Source of the DNA: Candidatus Kaiserbacteria bacterium | Lineage (GTDB): Bacteria; Patescibacteriota; Minisyncoccia; Phycocordibacterales; UBA2100 | NCBI GenBank assembly: GCA_016432285.1 | Contig: CP066682.1 | Location: 118,434-182,433 of the forward strand | Direction: 5' to 3' | Length of the DNA: 64,000 nucleotides | Notes under the pieces: model-generated | The model's database searches: none | Told to the model about the DNA's origin: nothing | Seen by the model: only the letters and a program-made list of their open reading frames with translations | Made by a program: the position numbers and the translations under genes | Shown here: piece by piece, positions 28,530 through 37,293 of the stretch | How the letters are laid out: each line of letters starts with the position of its first letter | Position numbering within the stretch: position 1 is the stretch's first letter

Positions 28530-28815
28530 TGTTGACAAATGGCCGGATCTATTTCCTAAAGGACATTCGTAAAGGATATGCAGATGCTATCCACTCCCCT
28601 CTCTCTCCGGCAGACCATCATTTGAGCCACTTTTTCGCGATATCTGTGGAAAACTCTGGGGATATGTGGATAAAGGACAACTATCGACTGTCTTTTTCAA
28701 ACCCGACCCCGTTGAGCGGCGGCTAGTTACGGGATCGACCACCCAATCGCCGCCGTCGCAATGTGTACAGAGGACTGTCCTCTGTAGTGGATAAGTAACA
28801 TTTCACGTGAACCGT
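28530..28815. promoter_or_regulatory. DnaA-box cluster (candidate origin region)
   Basis: TGTGGAAAA at 28645, TGTGGATAA at 28665, AGTGGATAA at 28786 and CTATCCACT at 28587, in a non-coding gap. Confidence 0.5.
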
Positions 28816-29139
28816 AAGGGCGGCCGCGAGGTTGATATCCCCCCCCCCCCCCCGCGCGGTGCCCGAGGCTTTGGGACCGAGGCCCACAGTCCTCGGGCGG
28901 CTAACCTGCCGCTACTGGATGATATGCTGGAATGGAATATGGATCGGAATGAGAGCGGAAATCTGGGGGAGGAAATTGCATGCCAGTTTCTCGTGAGAAA
29001 GGGATTCAAAGTGGTTGAACGGAACTACCGGCGTCCATGGGGCGAGATCGACATTGTGGCTCAAAAAGGAGACGAGGTCAGATTCGTCGAGGTAAAGGCA
29101 GTTTCACGTGAAATATCGGGGTCCATTTCACGTGAAATG
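28799..29139. other. Three parS-like palindromes
   Basis: CATTTCACGTGAACCG (28799), AGTTTCACGTGAAATA (29100) and CATTTCACGTGAAATG (29124) versus the consensus TGTTTCACGTGAAACA. Confidence 0.7.
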
Positions 29140-29316
29140 GACTACCGCCCGGAGGAAATGGTACACCGCTCAAAGTTGGAAAAGGTCGCTCGTACGGCAA
29201 CGCTGTATATGGATGAGAAACGCGACAAGCGCGAGTATCAAATCGACGTGGTTGGGGTGATCATGGATCCGCAAAAGCGCCTAGCGCGCTGCCGCCTTTT
29301 TGAGCAGGTGCTCTAA
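28939..29316 (+). CDS. YraN family (UPF0102) protein
   Basis: GNLGEEIA, ERNYR, GEIDIVA and FVEVK motifs. Confidence 0.92.
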   Translation: MDRNESGNLGEEIACQFLVRKGFKVVERNYRRPWGEIDIVAQKGDEVRFVEVKAVSREISGSISREMDYRPEEMVHRSKLEKVARTATLYMDEKRDKREYQIDVVGVIMDPQKRLARCRLFEQVL

Positions 29317-29421
29317 AGGACATAAAGGACAAACGTCAAGAAACCTCGAAATATCGTGCTAGTATGCAGCTCAACGGGCCGTGTACCGATTGGTGCGCCT
29401 GCGTGGGGAAGTTCGTTTTTT

Positions 29422-29622
29422 CGGGGAGTCGTATAGTGGTAGTACGCGTGCGTGGGGTCAAATGCTTTTTCGGGCTGTCGTATACCGGTAGTACGCCTGC
29501 TTTGGGAGCAGGTAGACTGGGTTCGATTCCCAGCAGCCCGAAAAAGCATTTGACCGGAGGCGCAAAGGCGCTTCCGTGGCCCCAAAGGGGACGTAGTCCG
29601 AGTTCGATTCTCGGCTCCCCGA
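29422..29622 (+). tRNA. Interrupted tRNA-Pro(GGG-like) body with a large insert in the anticodon arm
   Basis: 5' half CGGGGAGTCGTATAGTGGTAGTACGCGTGCGTGGG; 3' half ACGTAGTCCGAGTTCGATTCTCGGCTCCCCGA. Acceptor and T stems pair perfectly. Confidence 0.7.
29471..29541 (+). tRNA. tRNA-Pro(UGG), nested
   Basis: Acceptor CGGGCTG/CAGCCCG, anticodon arm CCTGC-TTTGGGA-GCAGG, T arm GGTTCGATTCC. Confidence 0.92.
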
Positions 29623-29788
29623 AAAAATGAGCTTCCGGCAGTCCGGGGGACTGCCGCGGCCCCAGAGGGGAGGTAGACGGGTTCAACCTCTTACAGAGGC
29701 GGTACACCTTTCGCGCAAAATGCGCGAAAGGTCTTGCGGATGCTCCAGGTGTTCGCATCCTCACCCAGCAGCCCGATCGTACGTTTCG

Positions 29789-30946
29789 CTAGCGAGCGAT
29801 CAGCTCGTCGATCAGGAGGCGCATGAGGTGCGGTGCCGTATTTGATCGGAATTCCGCTGCCTTTGCGGCGACATCGCCCGCAAACAGGGAAGCGAGATCG
29901 GAACCGGTCTGTGTCTTGATGTCGCGGTCGATGTAGCTGAGAGTAACTGCTCGGAGATCCCTCTCCTGAGTCGTCTTGCCGTCGCTCGTCGTGGTGATGA
30001 TACCCACGAGTCGTCCCCATTCGTTGACGACCGCGCCTCCAGAGGAGCCGCTCTGTGCGCCGATAATGCCGCCGAGGGAGACGAGGTCGATCGTATTTTC
30101 GGCGAACGTCAGCAGGTTCTTGATCTCCGTGACCGACGAGACGGCATACAGATCAAAACGAGAGGTGATGCCGCCCACGAATTCGGCCGGATAGCTCGCC
30201 GCGAGCACGGAGTCGTCTTCAAAAGTAATTCCTTCGCGCGTGTCGTACGGCACGAAGGGGAACGATGCTGGCAGTAGCGCTCCGTTTCGTGCGCCGGTGA
30301 TTCTCAAGAGAGCGTAGTCGTGCTCGCCCGTGCCCGTGGGCCGCTCGAGCGTGATGTCTTTGGCGTGCTCCTCCAGCCACGCCGTCGGCATGAAGAGCAT
30401 TTCGGCCGACCAGAGCGCGCGGGCAGGGGAGCCGTAGCGAATATCGCACGTAAGGCGCACCGCGGAGCTCTGCGAGAGCAAGACATACTGCGCAACGTGC
30501 GCGTTGGTGAGGATGATGCCGCGCGGATCGATGATTACGCCGCTTCCCGAGATGGGGCGCAGGCTGTCGGCCCCTGAGGTGCAGAGGATATTGACGAGTG
30601 CGTCACGTGCCTGCTGATTGGTGAGATCGAAGGATTGCGGTGGCGTCGAATACGGGTTCTCGATGCGGCGCACTTCACCGGTAGCAGGCTCGTGCTCTGT
30701 GGCCGGCGCGCTTGATACAACTGCTGTCGGAGCGGGGGATGCGACAGCAGGGGAGTCGGGGGCGACCGGAGAGGTAGACGCCACATCTGCGGCGACCGCA
30801 CTCGCGACCTGAGAGCTACTCGTTGCTGCCGAGTCGGTGGAGACGATCACTTCAGGTGCGGCTGGGGCGGTGAACAGCAGAAGTGCCAACCCAAAAACTC
30901 CCATGATACCGATGATCGTAAAGAGAGGTTGGATTCGAGCGTACAT
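29789..30946 (-). CDS. Trypsin-like (S1) serine protease, membrane-anchored
   Basis: GSGVII, TNAHV, DYALL and SGSSGG (catalytic triad). Confidence 0.9.
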   Translation of the reverse strand: MYARIQPLFTIIGIMGVFGLALLLFTAPAAPEVIVSTDSAATSSSQVASAVAADVASTSPVAPDSPAVASPAPTAVVSSAPATEHEPATGEVRRIENPYSTPPQSFDLTNQQARDALVNILCTSGADSLRPISGSGVIIDPRGIILTNAHVAQYVLLSQSSAVRLTCDIRYGSPARALWSAEMLFMPTAWLEEHAKDITLERPTGTGEHDYALLRITGARNGALLPASFPFVPYDTREGITFEDDSVLAASYPAEFVGGITSRFDLYAVSSVTEIKNLLTFAENTIDLVSLGGIIGAQSGSSGGAVVNEWGRLVGIITTTSDGKTTQERDLRAVTLSYIDRDIKTQTGSDLASLFAGDVAAKAAEFRSNTAPHLMRLLIDELIAR

Positions 30947-31020
30947 TCAATTGGAATATACGCGCTTTCGTTTAGACGAACAAGTTTTCCAGGATCGAAA
31001 AGCAGTGTATGCTTTCCAGC

Positions 31021-31091
31021 GCGGGATTAGTTTAGTGGTAAAACACGAGTTTTCCAAACTTGGGTCGGGAGTTCGATTCTCCCATCCCGCA
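31021..31091 (+). tRNA. tRNA-Gly(UCC)
   Basis: Acceptor GCGGGAT/ATCCCGC, anticodon arm CGAGT-TTTCCAA-ACTTG, T arm GTTCGATTC. Confidence 0.93.
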
Positions 31092-31241
31092 CATGTGCAC
31101 GCAGTGCCTTCGCACTGCGTGCGGAGAATCGAAAGGCGGAACGCTGTCGCCGACAGTAGGCGGCGACCGCGAGCCGGGGTCGCGGAATTTTGCGAGCGAC
31201 GGCGAGTAAAATATCCGTGACCGATTCTCCCATCCCGCACA
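31074..31241 (+). repeat. 20-bp duplication of the tRNA-Gly 3' end enclosing a structured 128-bp element
   Basis: CGATTCTCCCATCCCGCACA at 31074-31093 and 31222-31241. Confidence 0.85.
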
Positions 31242-31248
31242 AAAAACG

Positions 31249-31273
31249 AAAAGCCGCCCGAGGGCGGCTTTTC
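31249..31273. terminator. Bidirectional intrinsic terminator
   Basis: AAAAGCCGCCCGAGGGCGGCTTTTC. Confidence 0.7.
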
Positions 31274-31291
31274 TGCCAATTCACACAGAAA

Positions 31292-31567
31292 CTACTTGAT
31301 CGCGTCTTTCAGGGTCTTCGATGCGCGGAATTTCGGCACGCGCATTGCCTTGATCTGAATCGTCTGCCCGGTGCGCGGGTTGCGGCCCATGCGGCCCTTG
31401 CGCTCTTTCGCCTCGAAGATGCCGAGGCCCGCGATCGATACCTCCTGGCCGCTTTTCAGCGTCGCAGTGATCGTGTCGATAACGGATTCGACGGCGCGCT
31501 CCGCGTCGGCCTTGGTGCAGCCGATCGTCGAAGCCACCTTTTCCACGAGATCCATTTTATTTGCCAT
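31292..31567 (-). CDS. hup: DNA-binding protein HU
   Basis: GLGIFE, GRNPRTG and PKFRASKTLK motifs. Confidence 0.95.
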   Translation of the reverse strand: MANKMDLVEKVASTIGCTKADAERAVESVIDTITATLKSGQEVSIAGLGIFEAKERKGRMGRNPRTGQTIQIKAMRVPKFRASKTLKDAIK

Positions 31568-31752
31568 ACAGTTTGAAAGTAATGGTAAGTACGCACTCGA
31601 CCTCACTATCTGACCATTTTGAGCCGCGCTACGGCGCTGTCAATCCGTGGCTCAACTGTGCGATTTATCGGCCATCTGTCAAATATGCCAAAGACTCCCC
31701 TCGGCGAGGGCTCTATTGAGCCGTTTTTTCGTGCCTTACGAGCGAGTGAGGA

Positions 31753-33282
31753 CTAGCGGGCGTACTCGATGACCCGAGTTTCTCGGATGACGCTCACCTT
31801 GATCTCACCCGGATACTGGAGCTCCTTCTCGATTTTGTCGGCGATGTCGCGAGCGAGCTTGCGTGCCTCGAGGTCGGTAACCTCCTCAGGCTTGATGATG
31901 ACGCGGACCTCGCGGCCGGCGGCGATCGCGTAGCTCTTCTCCACGCCGGGGTGCTGGTTGGCGATTGCCTCAAGCTCTTCGAGACGCTTGATGTAGTTTT
32001 CGACGGAGTCGCGCCGCGCGCCCGGACGGCCGCCGGAGATCGCGTCGGCGACCTGCACGATCATGGATTCGGGCGTTTCGTACGGATACTCCTCGTGGTG
32101 CGCCTGCATGGCTTTCACCACGGCTTCGTCGATGCCGAATTTCTGGAGGATGCGGCGACCGATCTCGACGTGCGTGCCGGGCACTTCATGGTCGACAGCC
32201 TTGCCGATGTCGTGGAAGAGCGCTCCCGCGCGCGCGGTGGCCTCGTTGGCGCCAAGCTCCGCCGCGAGCATGCCGGCGAGGTGCGCCACTTCCACCGAGT
32301 GATCGAGCACGTTCTGGCCGTAGCTCGTGCGGAAGTAGAGGCGGCCCAAAATCATGAGTAGCTTCGGATCGAGATTGGGGACTTTCGCGGCATACGCGGC
32401 CTCCGCGCCCTTTTTCTTGATGATGTTGTTGATTTCCTCCTCGGCCTTTTTCACCGACTCCTCGATCTTGGCCGGCTGGATGCGGCCGTCAAGAATGAGA
32501 TTCTCGAGCGCGATGCGCGCGATCTGGCGGCGGATCGGGTCGTACGAAGAGAGCGTGATGGTGCCGGGCGTATCGTCGATGATCACATCGACGCCGGTCG
32601 CGCGCTCGAACGAGCGGATGTTGCGGCCCTCTTTGCCGATGATTTTGCCCTTGATTTCGTCGTTGGGGATCGTGATCGTGGTGGCCAAGACGTCGGAGAC
32701 GACCGAGTTGCCGAGGCGGTGCACGGCGGTCGTGAGAATCTCACGCGCGCGCTGCTCGAGCTTTTCGTTGGAGGCGATTTCGAGCTTGCGCATCCTTCCT
32801 TCGAGGTCGGTCTCGTACTGTTTCTCAACGGATTTCACGAGCTCGCCCTTGGCTTCCTCGGCGGTGAGCTCCGCCACCTTCTCCAGTTTCTCCTGCTGCG
32901 CGCGCACGAGCTCCTCGGATTTCTCCTTCGTTTTTTGCAACTCCTCGTTTTTCTTGTTGATCGATTCCTGCTCGGAGTCGAGGTTGATCTGGCGCTTGTC
33001 GAGCATCTCCTCTTTGCGGACGAGGCGCTCCTCGGTAGTCTTCAGCTCGCGTTCGCGCTCCTTGTGCTCTCCCGCAATCTCGACTTCCTTCTCTTTCGCG
33101 CGCGCTTCGGCTCCTTCGAGGATCTGCTTCGATTTTTCCTCGGCGTCAAGGCGCATTTTGCGGATCTCCAGTTCCATGGAGCCGCGCTTTCCTAATGAAA
33201 TAATGAGACGGAGAAAATATCCGACTCCAATGCCGACGCCGCCGGCGACGGCGATCAGGGCGAGTGCTATTTTTAATGACAT
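31753..33282 (-). CDS. rny: Ribonuclease Y
   Basis: N-terminal TM, coiled coil, KH (IIGKEGRNI), HD (HDIGK) and RPGAR. Confidence 0.96.
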   Translation of the reverse strand: MSLKIALALIAVAGGVGIGVGYFLRLIISLGKRGSMELEIRKMRLDAEEKSKQILEGAEARAKEKEVEIAGEHKERERELKTTEERLVRKEEMLDKRQINLDSEQESINKKNEELQKTKEKSEELVRAQQEKLEKVAELTAEEAKGELVKSVEKQYETDLEGRMRKLEIASNEKLEQRAREILTTAVHRLGNSVVSDVLATTITIPNDEIKGKIIGKEGRNIRSFERATGVDVIIDDTPGTITLSSYDPIRRQIARIALENLILDGRIQPAKIEESVKKAEEEINNIIKKKGAEAAYAAKVPNLDPKLLMILGRLYFRTSYGQNVLDHSVEVAHLAGMLAAELGANEATARAGALFHDIGKAVDHEVPGTHVEIGRRILQKFGIDEAVVKAMQAHHEEYPYETPESMIVQVADAISGGRPGARRDSVENYIKRLEELEAIANQHPGVEKSYAIAAGREVRVIIKPEEVTDLEARKLARDIADKIEKELQYPGEIKVSVIRETRVIEYAR

Positions 33283-33491
33283 ACGCGTGGTTTCCCACGC
33301 CGAATCTTGCTAGCGGGACAAAACGTGGACGTTTGGAAGCTCGCGAGTAAGGTTGCTCTGCGCTTCAGAAGGCAGCACGGCGTTGAGAAAAGTGAATTTC
33401 ATACAATACTAATGGGGTACTGCGCGAGTATACCACTCCTCTCGAAAAAGGGAATACGAAAGTTGCACTCCCGATGATTTTGTGTCCTAAA

Positions 33492-34085
33492 CTAGCGGAG
33501 CACCTTGTCGATGATGCCGTATTTGACCGACTCCTCGGCGTCCATGAAGAAGTCGCGGTCCACGTCACGCTCTATCTTGTCGAGCTTCTGCCCAGTGTTT
33601 TTGGCGAGGATCTGGTTGAGGCGGGAGCGCAGCTTCAAGATCTGCTTCGCGGTGATCTCGATGTCGGCCGCCATGCCTTCGGCACCGCCGGAAGGCTGGT
33701 GGATCATGACCTCCGCGTTCGGGAGCGCGTAGCGCTTGCCCTTCTCGCCGGAGGAGAGGAGTATCGCGGCCATCGAAGCGGCCATGCCGACGCACACGGT
33801 CGAGACTGCGGGCTGGATGTGCCGCATAGTGTCGAGAACCGCGAGGCCGGCGGTTACGACACCGCCCGGAGAGTTGATGTAGAACGAGATGTCTTTCTTC
33901 GGGTCTTCGGACGCGAGGAAGAGAAGCTGTGCGATCACGAGGTTGGCCACCTCATCGTTGATCGGGCCCCCGAGGAAGACGATGCGCTCCTTCAAAAGGC
34001 GCGAATAAATGTCGTACGCACGCTCGCCGAGAGAGGTTTTTTCCACCACCATGGGGACGAGCATCTGAGATTTAGAAGCGGTCAT
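33492..34085 (-). CDS. clpP: ATP-dependent Clp protease proteolytic subunit
   Basis: DIYSRLL, YINSPGG, AASMA and MIHQP motifs. Confidence 0.97.
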   Translation of the reverse strand: MTASKSQMLVPMVVEKTSLGERAYDIYSRLLKERIVFLGGPINDEVANLVIAQLLFLASEDPKKDISFYINSPGGVVTAGLAVLDTMRHIQPAVSTVCVGMAASMAAILLSSGEKGKRYALPNAEVMIHQPSGGAEGMAADIEITAKQILKLRSRLNQILAKNTGQKLDKIERDVDRDFFMDAEESVKYGIIDKVLR

Positions 34086-34228
34086 TGAGAGGAGTGTACC
34101 CCATGAGATAAGTGCGCTCAAGTTTTTAAAATCTCAAGACTACCTTTGGGTCAATACATTGCATCTCGCGCCGCGTCTCTATCTCACGGGGTGTATCAAG
34201 GGGAAGCGGGGAGGCGCACATTTCCTCT

Positions 34229-35335
34229 TTAGTGGGCGTGATCATGCGCCGACGCTTGCACCGGTGTCGCATCTCCTTCAAGCAGGCGGAGCGTCGCCTC
34301 GTTGCGCATAACGCCCGCAATGTGCGCGCGAAGCGCGCCGTCTTCAGCCTCGGGATAGTGCTGCTTCGCATGCGCAAACTCGGCGTCCAGTTCCTTCGCA
34401 GGCGGCTGCACATTTTCTTTGCGGGCGATTTCCGCAAGTATAAGCCGCACCTTCGCACGCTTGTCAGCCGCATCCTTCCACTCCGCTCTCACTGAGTCGA
34501 TCGTTTTTTTGGTTTGCGCGAGGTAGCCTTCGAGGCTCGTGCCCATGCGCTCCAGATCGCTTTTCATGCGTGCTTCCATGTCGTCGAGCTCGTATTCGCG
34601 CAACACGGCGGGGAAGCGGATCGAGGACTGTTCGACGAGCGAATCGAGCAGCGTCGCACGGCGCTTTTCGCGCGCCTGCACCTCTTTCTCGTGCTTGATG
34701 TTGGAGCGCAGTGTTTCCGAAAATTTCTCGCTGCTCTCGTAACCGAGCGTCTTGACGAACTCGTCATCGAGGGCCGGGAGCTCCTCCGGCTTCAGCGCAC
34801 GCGATTCCTCGTGCGCTTTTTGCGCTTCCACGCCCGCCTCGAGACGGTCGATCCGTGCCCGCTCGCGCCGGAGATGCGCGGTGGCTTCCGCATGCTCTTC
34901 GTCTGACACCGACACTTCTTCTTTTGCATCCATAATCGCCTTGGCGATCTTCGTGTAGTCCGGGAGTTGTACCTCCGGCGCGAGCGCGGCACGGGCCGTA
35001 AAGGCGACCGGCTTCCCGGCCACAGGTGCCTCGAGCGAGACGCGCGGCGATTCAACGATCATCAGATTTTCCGCAGCCAAAAGTTCAGGGAGCTCGTGCT
35101 GCACGGCGTCTTCGGCCGCGCGCTTCAGAATCGCTTGGTCGCCGTAGATCTGTACGATGCGATCCACGGGCGCCATACCTACCCGAAAGCCGTCGAGCTT
35201 CGCGGTTTTCTGGAGCTCCTTCAGCGCCGCCGCTTTGTACCGCTCCATTGCTTCGGGAGTAATCGTCGCGCGGATTTCGGCTTCCCACGTTTTATCGTCT
35301 CGGGAGACTTTCAGATCTTGCAGATTTTTTGACAT
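34229..35335 (-). CDS. tig: Trigger factor, short form
   Basis: DGFRVGMAP ribosome-binding motif; upstream of clpP; FKBP domain reduced. Confidence 0.88.
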   Translation of the reverse strand: MSKNLQDLKVSRDDKTWEAEIRATITPEAMERYKAAALKELQKTAKLDGFRVGMAPVDRIVQIYGDQAILKRAAEDAVQHELPELLAAENLMIVESPRVSLEAPVAGKPVAFTARAALAPEVQLPDYTKIAKAIMDAKEEVSVSDEEHAEATAHLRRERARIDRLEAGVEAQKAHEESRALKPEELPALDDEFVKTLGYESSEKFSETLRSNIKHEKEVQAREKRRATLLDSLVEQSSIRFPAVLREYELDDMEARMKSDLERMGTSLEGYLAQTKKTIDSVRAEWKDAADKRAKVRLILAEIARKENVQPPAKELDAEFAHAKQHYPEAEDGALRAHIAGVMRNEATLRLLEGDATPVQASAHDHAH

Positions 35336-35479
35336 CGCGAGATTCTAGCAGTTTTCGCGGATTTTCCCATACTCGTGCGTTTGTGCCGGTCGGCACAAAA
35401 CGTGGAGTTCGCAAGAAGTGGGCAGTGTGTAAAAAATCCGCGCAAGAAAGCGCGGACCATCCGCGCTCGTCGCGTGCCG

Positions 35480-35728
35480 CTAGCCTTGCTGCGCGGGGAT
35501 GAGAGGAAGCGTGTCGGTTTCTTTTTCCTTATTCAACTGCGCTCCCCAGAAGTAGAGCGCACCGAGCGCGAGTACGAGAATGATGATCACGGCGCCGACC
35601 ACTGGCCCCATCGAGGATTCTTGTTTCCGGCCGGGCAAAATTCCTCCCTGACTCAGGTGCGGAGGTGGAAGCATGTGCGAGGTGTCGGACGATCCGGCAG
35701 AGGGCTGCGATGTCGAGGATGGAGGCAT
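35480..35728 (-). CDS. Small membrane protein
   Basis: TM helix GPVVGAVIIILVLALGALYFWG. Confidence 0.7.
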   Translation of the reverse strand: MPPSSTSQPSAGSSDTSHMLPPPHLSQGGILPGRKQESSMGPVVGAVIIILVLALGALYFWGAQLNKEKETDTLPLIPAQQG

Positions 35729-35786
35729 ACAAATAAGTGTACACCCACCCCTTCGGGCGGTGCCAAAGAATGAAGGGGATATCCAG

Positions 35787-36323
35787 CTACTTCGCGAACT
35801 TCGCGTCGTACGAAACGATTGATTTTTTGACCGCCGCAAGTGCCTCGGCCTTGCCCTCAAAGCCGTGCACGGTGATCTCCACCGGCTTCTTTTTGAGCTT
35901 CTTGTTCTGCTCGAAGAAGTGCTGCAACTCTTTCAGCGTGTGTGTATTGATGTCTTCGAGCTCCTGCACATGATCGAAGCGGATGTCTTCGGTCGGGACT
36001 GCGATCACCTTGTCGTCGGAGGCCCCGTCGTCAGTCATCTTCATGAGCCCGACCGGCCGCACCGACACGAGAATGCCCGGCGGAATCGGATTGGTCGTGA
36101 GCACGATCACGTCGAGTGCGTCGCCATCGTCCCAGAGCGTGCGCGGCACGAAGCCGTAGTCGCACGGATACGCGGCGGCAGAATAATTGACGCGATCGAG
36201 CTTGATCAAGCCGCTGTCTTTGTCGATCTCGTACTTATTGTGCGAGCCGCGCGGGATTTCAATCACCGTGTTGAATTCTTCGGGAGCGTTCTCGCCGAGC
36301 GGAATGTCGTGCCAGAGATTCAT
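35787..36323 (-). CDS. ppa: Inorganic pyrophosphatase (family I)
   Basis: IEIPRGS, KYE, YGFVP and DGDALD motifs. Confidence 0.96.
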   Translation of the reverse strand: MNLWHDIPLGENAPEEFNTVIEIPRGSHNKYEIDKDSGLIKLDRVNYSAAAYPCDYGFVPRTLWDDGDALDVIVLTTNPIPPGILVSVRPVGLMKMTDDGASDDKVIAVPTEDIRFDHVQELEDINTHTLKELQHFFEQNKKLKKKPVEITVHGFEGKAEALAAVKKSIVSYDAKFAK

Positions 36324-36481
36324 GTGAGATCAGCTTACCGCAAGAAAAGGCTTTCACAAGACCTCGGGGCCTGCGTAACGCCGAAAAACACATGACCGCA
36401 TTTGATCTCGATTGATTTCTGTGTCATCGTCTCCTCGACGGAAATTCCGTTGTTCTCAAGATCACACATAGGGAGAGTGAC

Positions 36482-37222
36482 ATGCGGTACAAGATTTGCT
36501 GCATCCTCAAATTAACTGAAGATCCTACCAAGCATCTCGGCGGTCCCGACCGTGCCTGCGGAGCGGACGTGATCGTGAGGCTCTGGCAGGAGGGTCGGCA
36601 GAAGGCAAACGCGCCCTTTCTGCCCGGTGCCGTGACTGTCGGCGAGAAGTTTGGCGACCTCTATCCGACGATCGTTTTCGAAGGCGAGGTCGAGGGGCTT
36701 CCCCGCGAGGAAGTCGAGGAGTTACTCCGTGAGATTGCGGAGGGCTTCGAGAAATCGACGTACTTCATCATGGAGGGCGTCAACGCCTATCCGGGTGAGA
36801 AGCTCTCGATCACACTCGACGGTGATCATGTGCCGCGCGTCGTGGCGCAACCGACGCTCCAGCGCATGCGATTTGAAGTGCTGTGGGCCCTTCCGGGCAA
36901 CAAGGCGCGGTCTGCAAAGTACTACGCCGAGCTGGTCCGCAAGCACCTGAAGACATGGCGTGCGAAGCGCGGGGAGTTGCTCGATCTCGCGGTCGTCGGC
37001 CATGATGTGCGGTTCGCCGAAGGGACCGTGGAGTTCGGTATGGTCGCTTTGCACGGATACACGTATCCGTCGACCAAGGAAAAGGTCCGCGCTCTGCTCG
37101 AGGAGTTCAACGCGCTCACGGCAGGGGCCCGGATGACGGTTCCTCGTGACTCCGTCTTCATCAACGTTGGTGAGGACTCTCTAGAGAAAAGAAGGTACGC
37201 CCAGCTCGTTACTGCGGCTTGA
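36482..37222 (+). CDS. Hypothetical protein
   Basis: GGGAG SD and its own terminator hairpin at ~37246-37278. Confidence 0.7.
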   Translation: MRYKICCILKLTEDPTKHLGGPDRACGADVIVRLWQEGRQKANAPFLPGAVTVGEKFGDLYPTIVFEGEVEGLPREEVEELLREIAEGFEKSTYFIMEGVNAYPGEKLSITLDGDHVPRVVAQPTLQRMRFEVLWALPGNKARSAKYYAELVRKHLKTWRAKRGELLDLAVVGHDVRFAEGTVEFGMVALHGYTYPSTKEKVRALLEEFNALTAGARMTVPRDSVFINVGEDSLEKRRYAQLVTAA

Positions 37223-37293
37223 ACGCAGCCAGCGGGGCGCAACTGAAAACGGCGGGACTCAACCCGCCGTTTTGTTTTTCAATTAAGTCTTTT

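Noticed and set aside
28839-28853. C15 homopolymer as a phase-variation switch
   Set aside because: It lies upstream of the likely yraN start (28939), and its length may be a sequencing artefact; no supporting evidence.
29313-29845. Short ORFs over the tRNA-Pro locus
   Set aside because: Explained by tRNA and stem-loop sequence; the translations are not protein-like.
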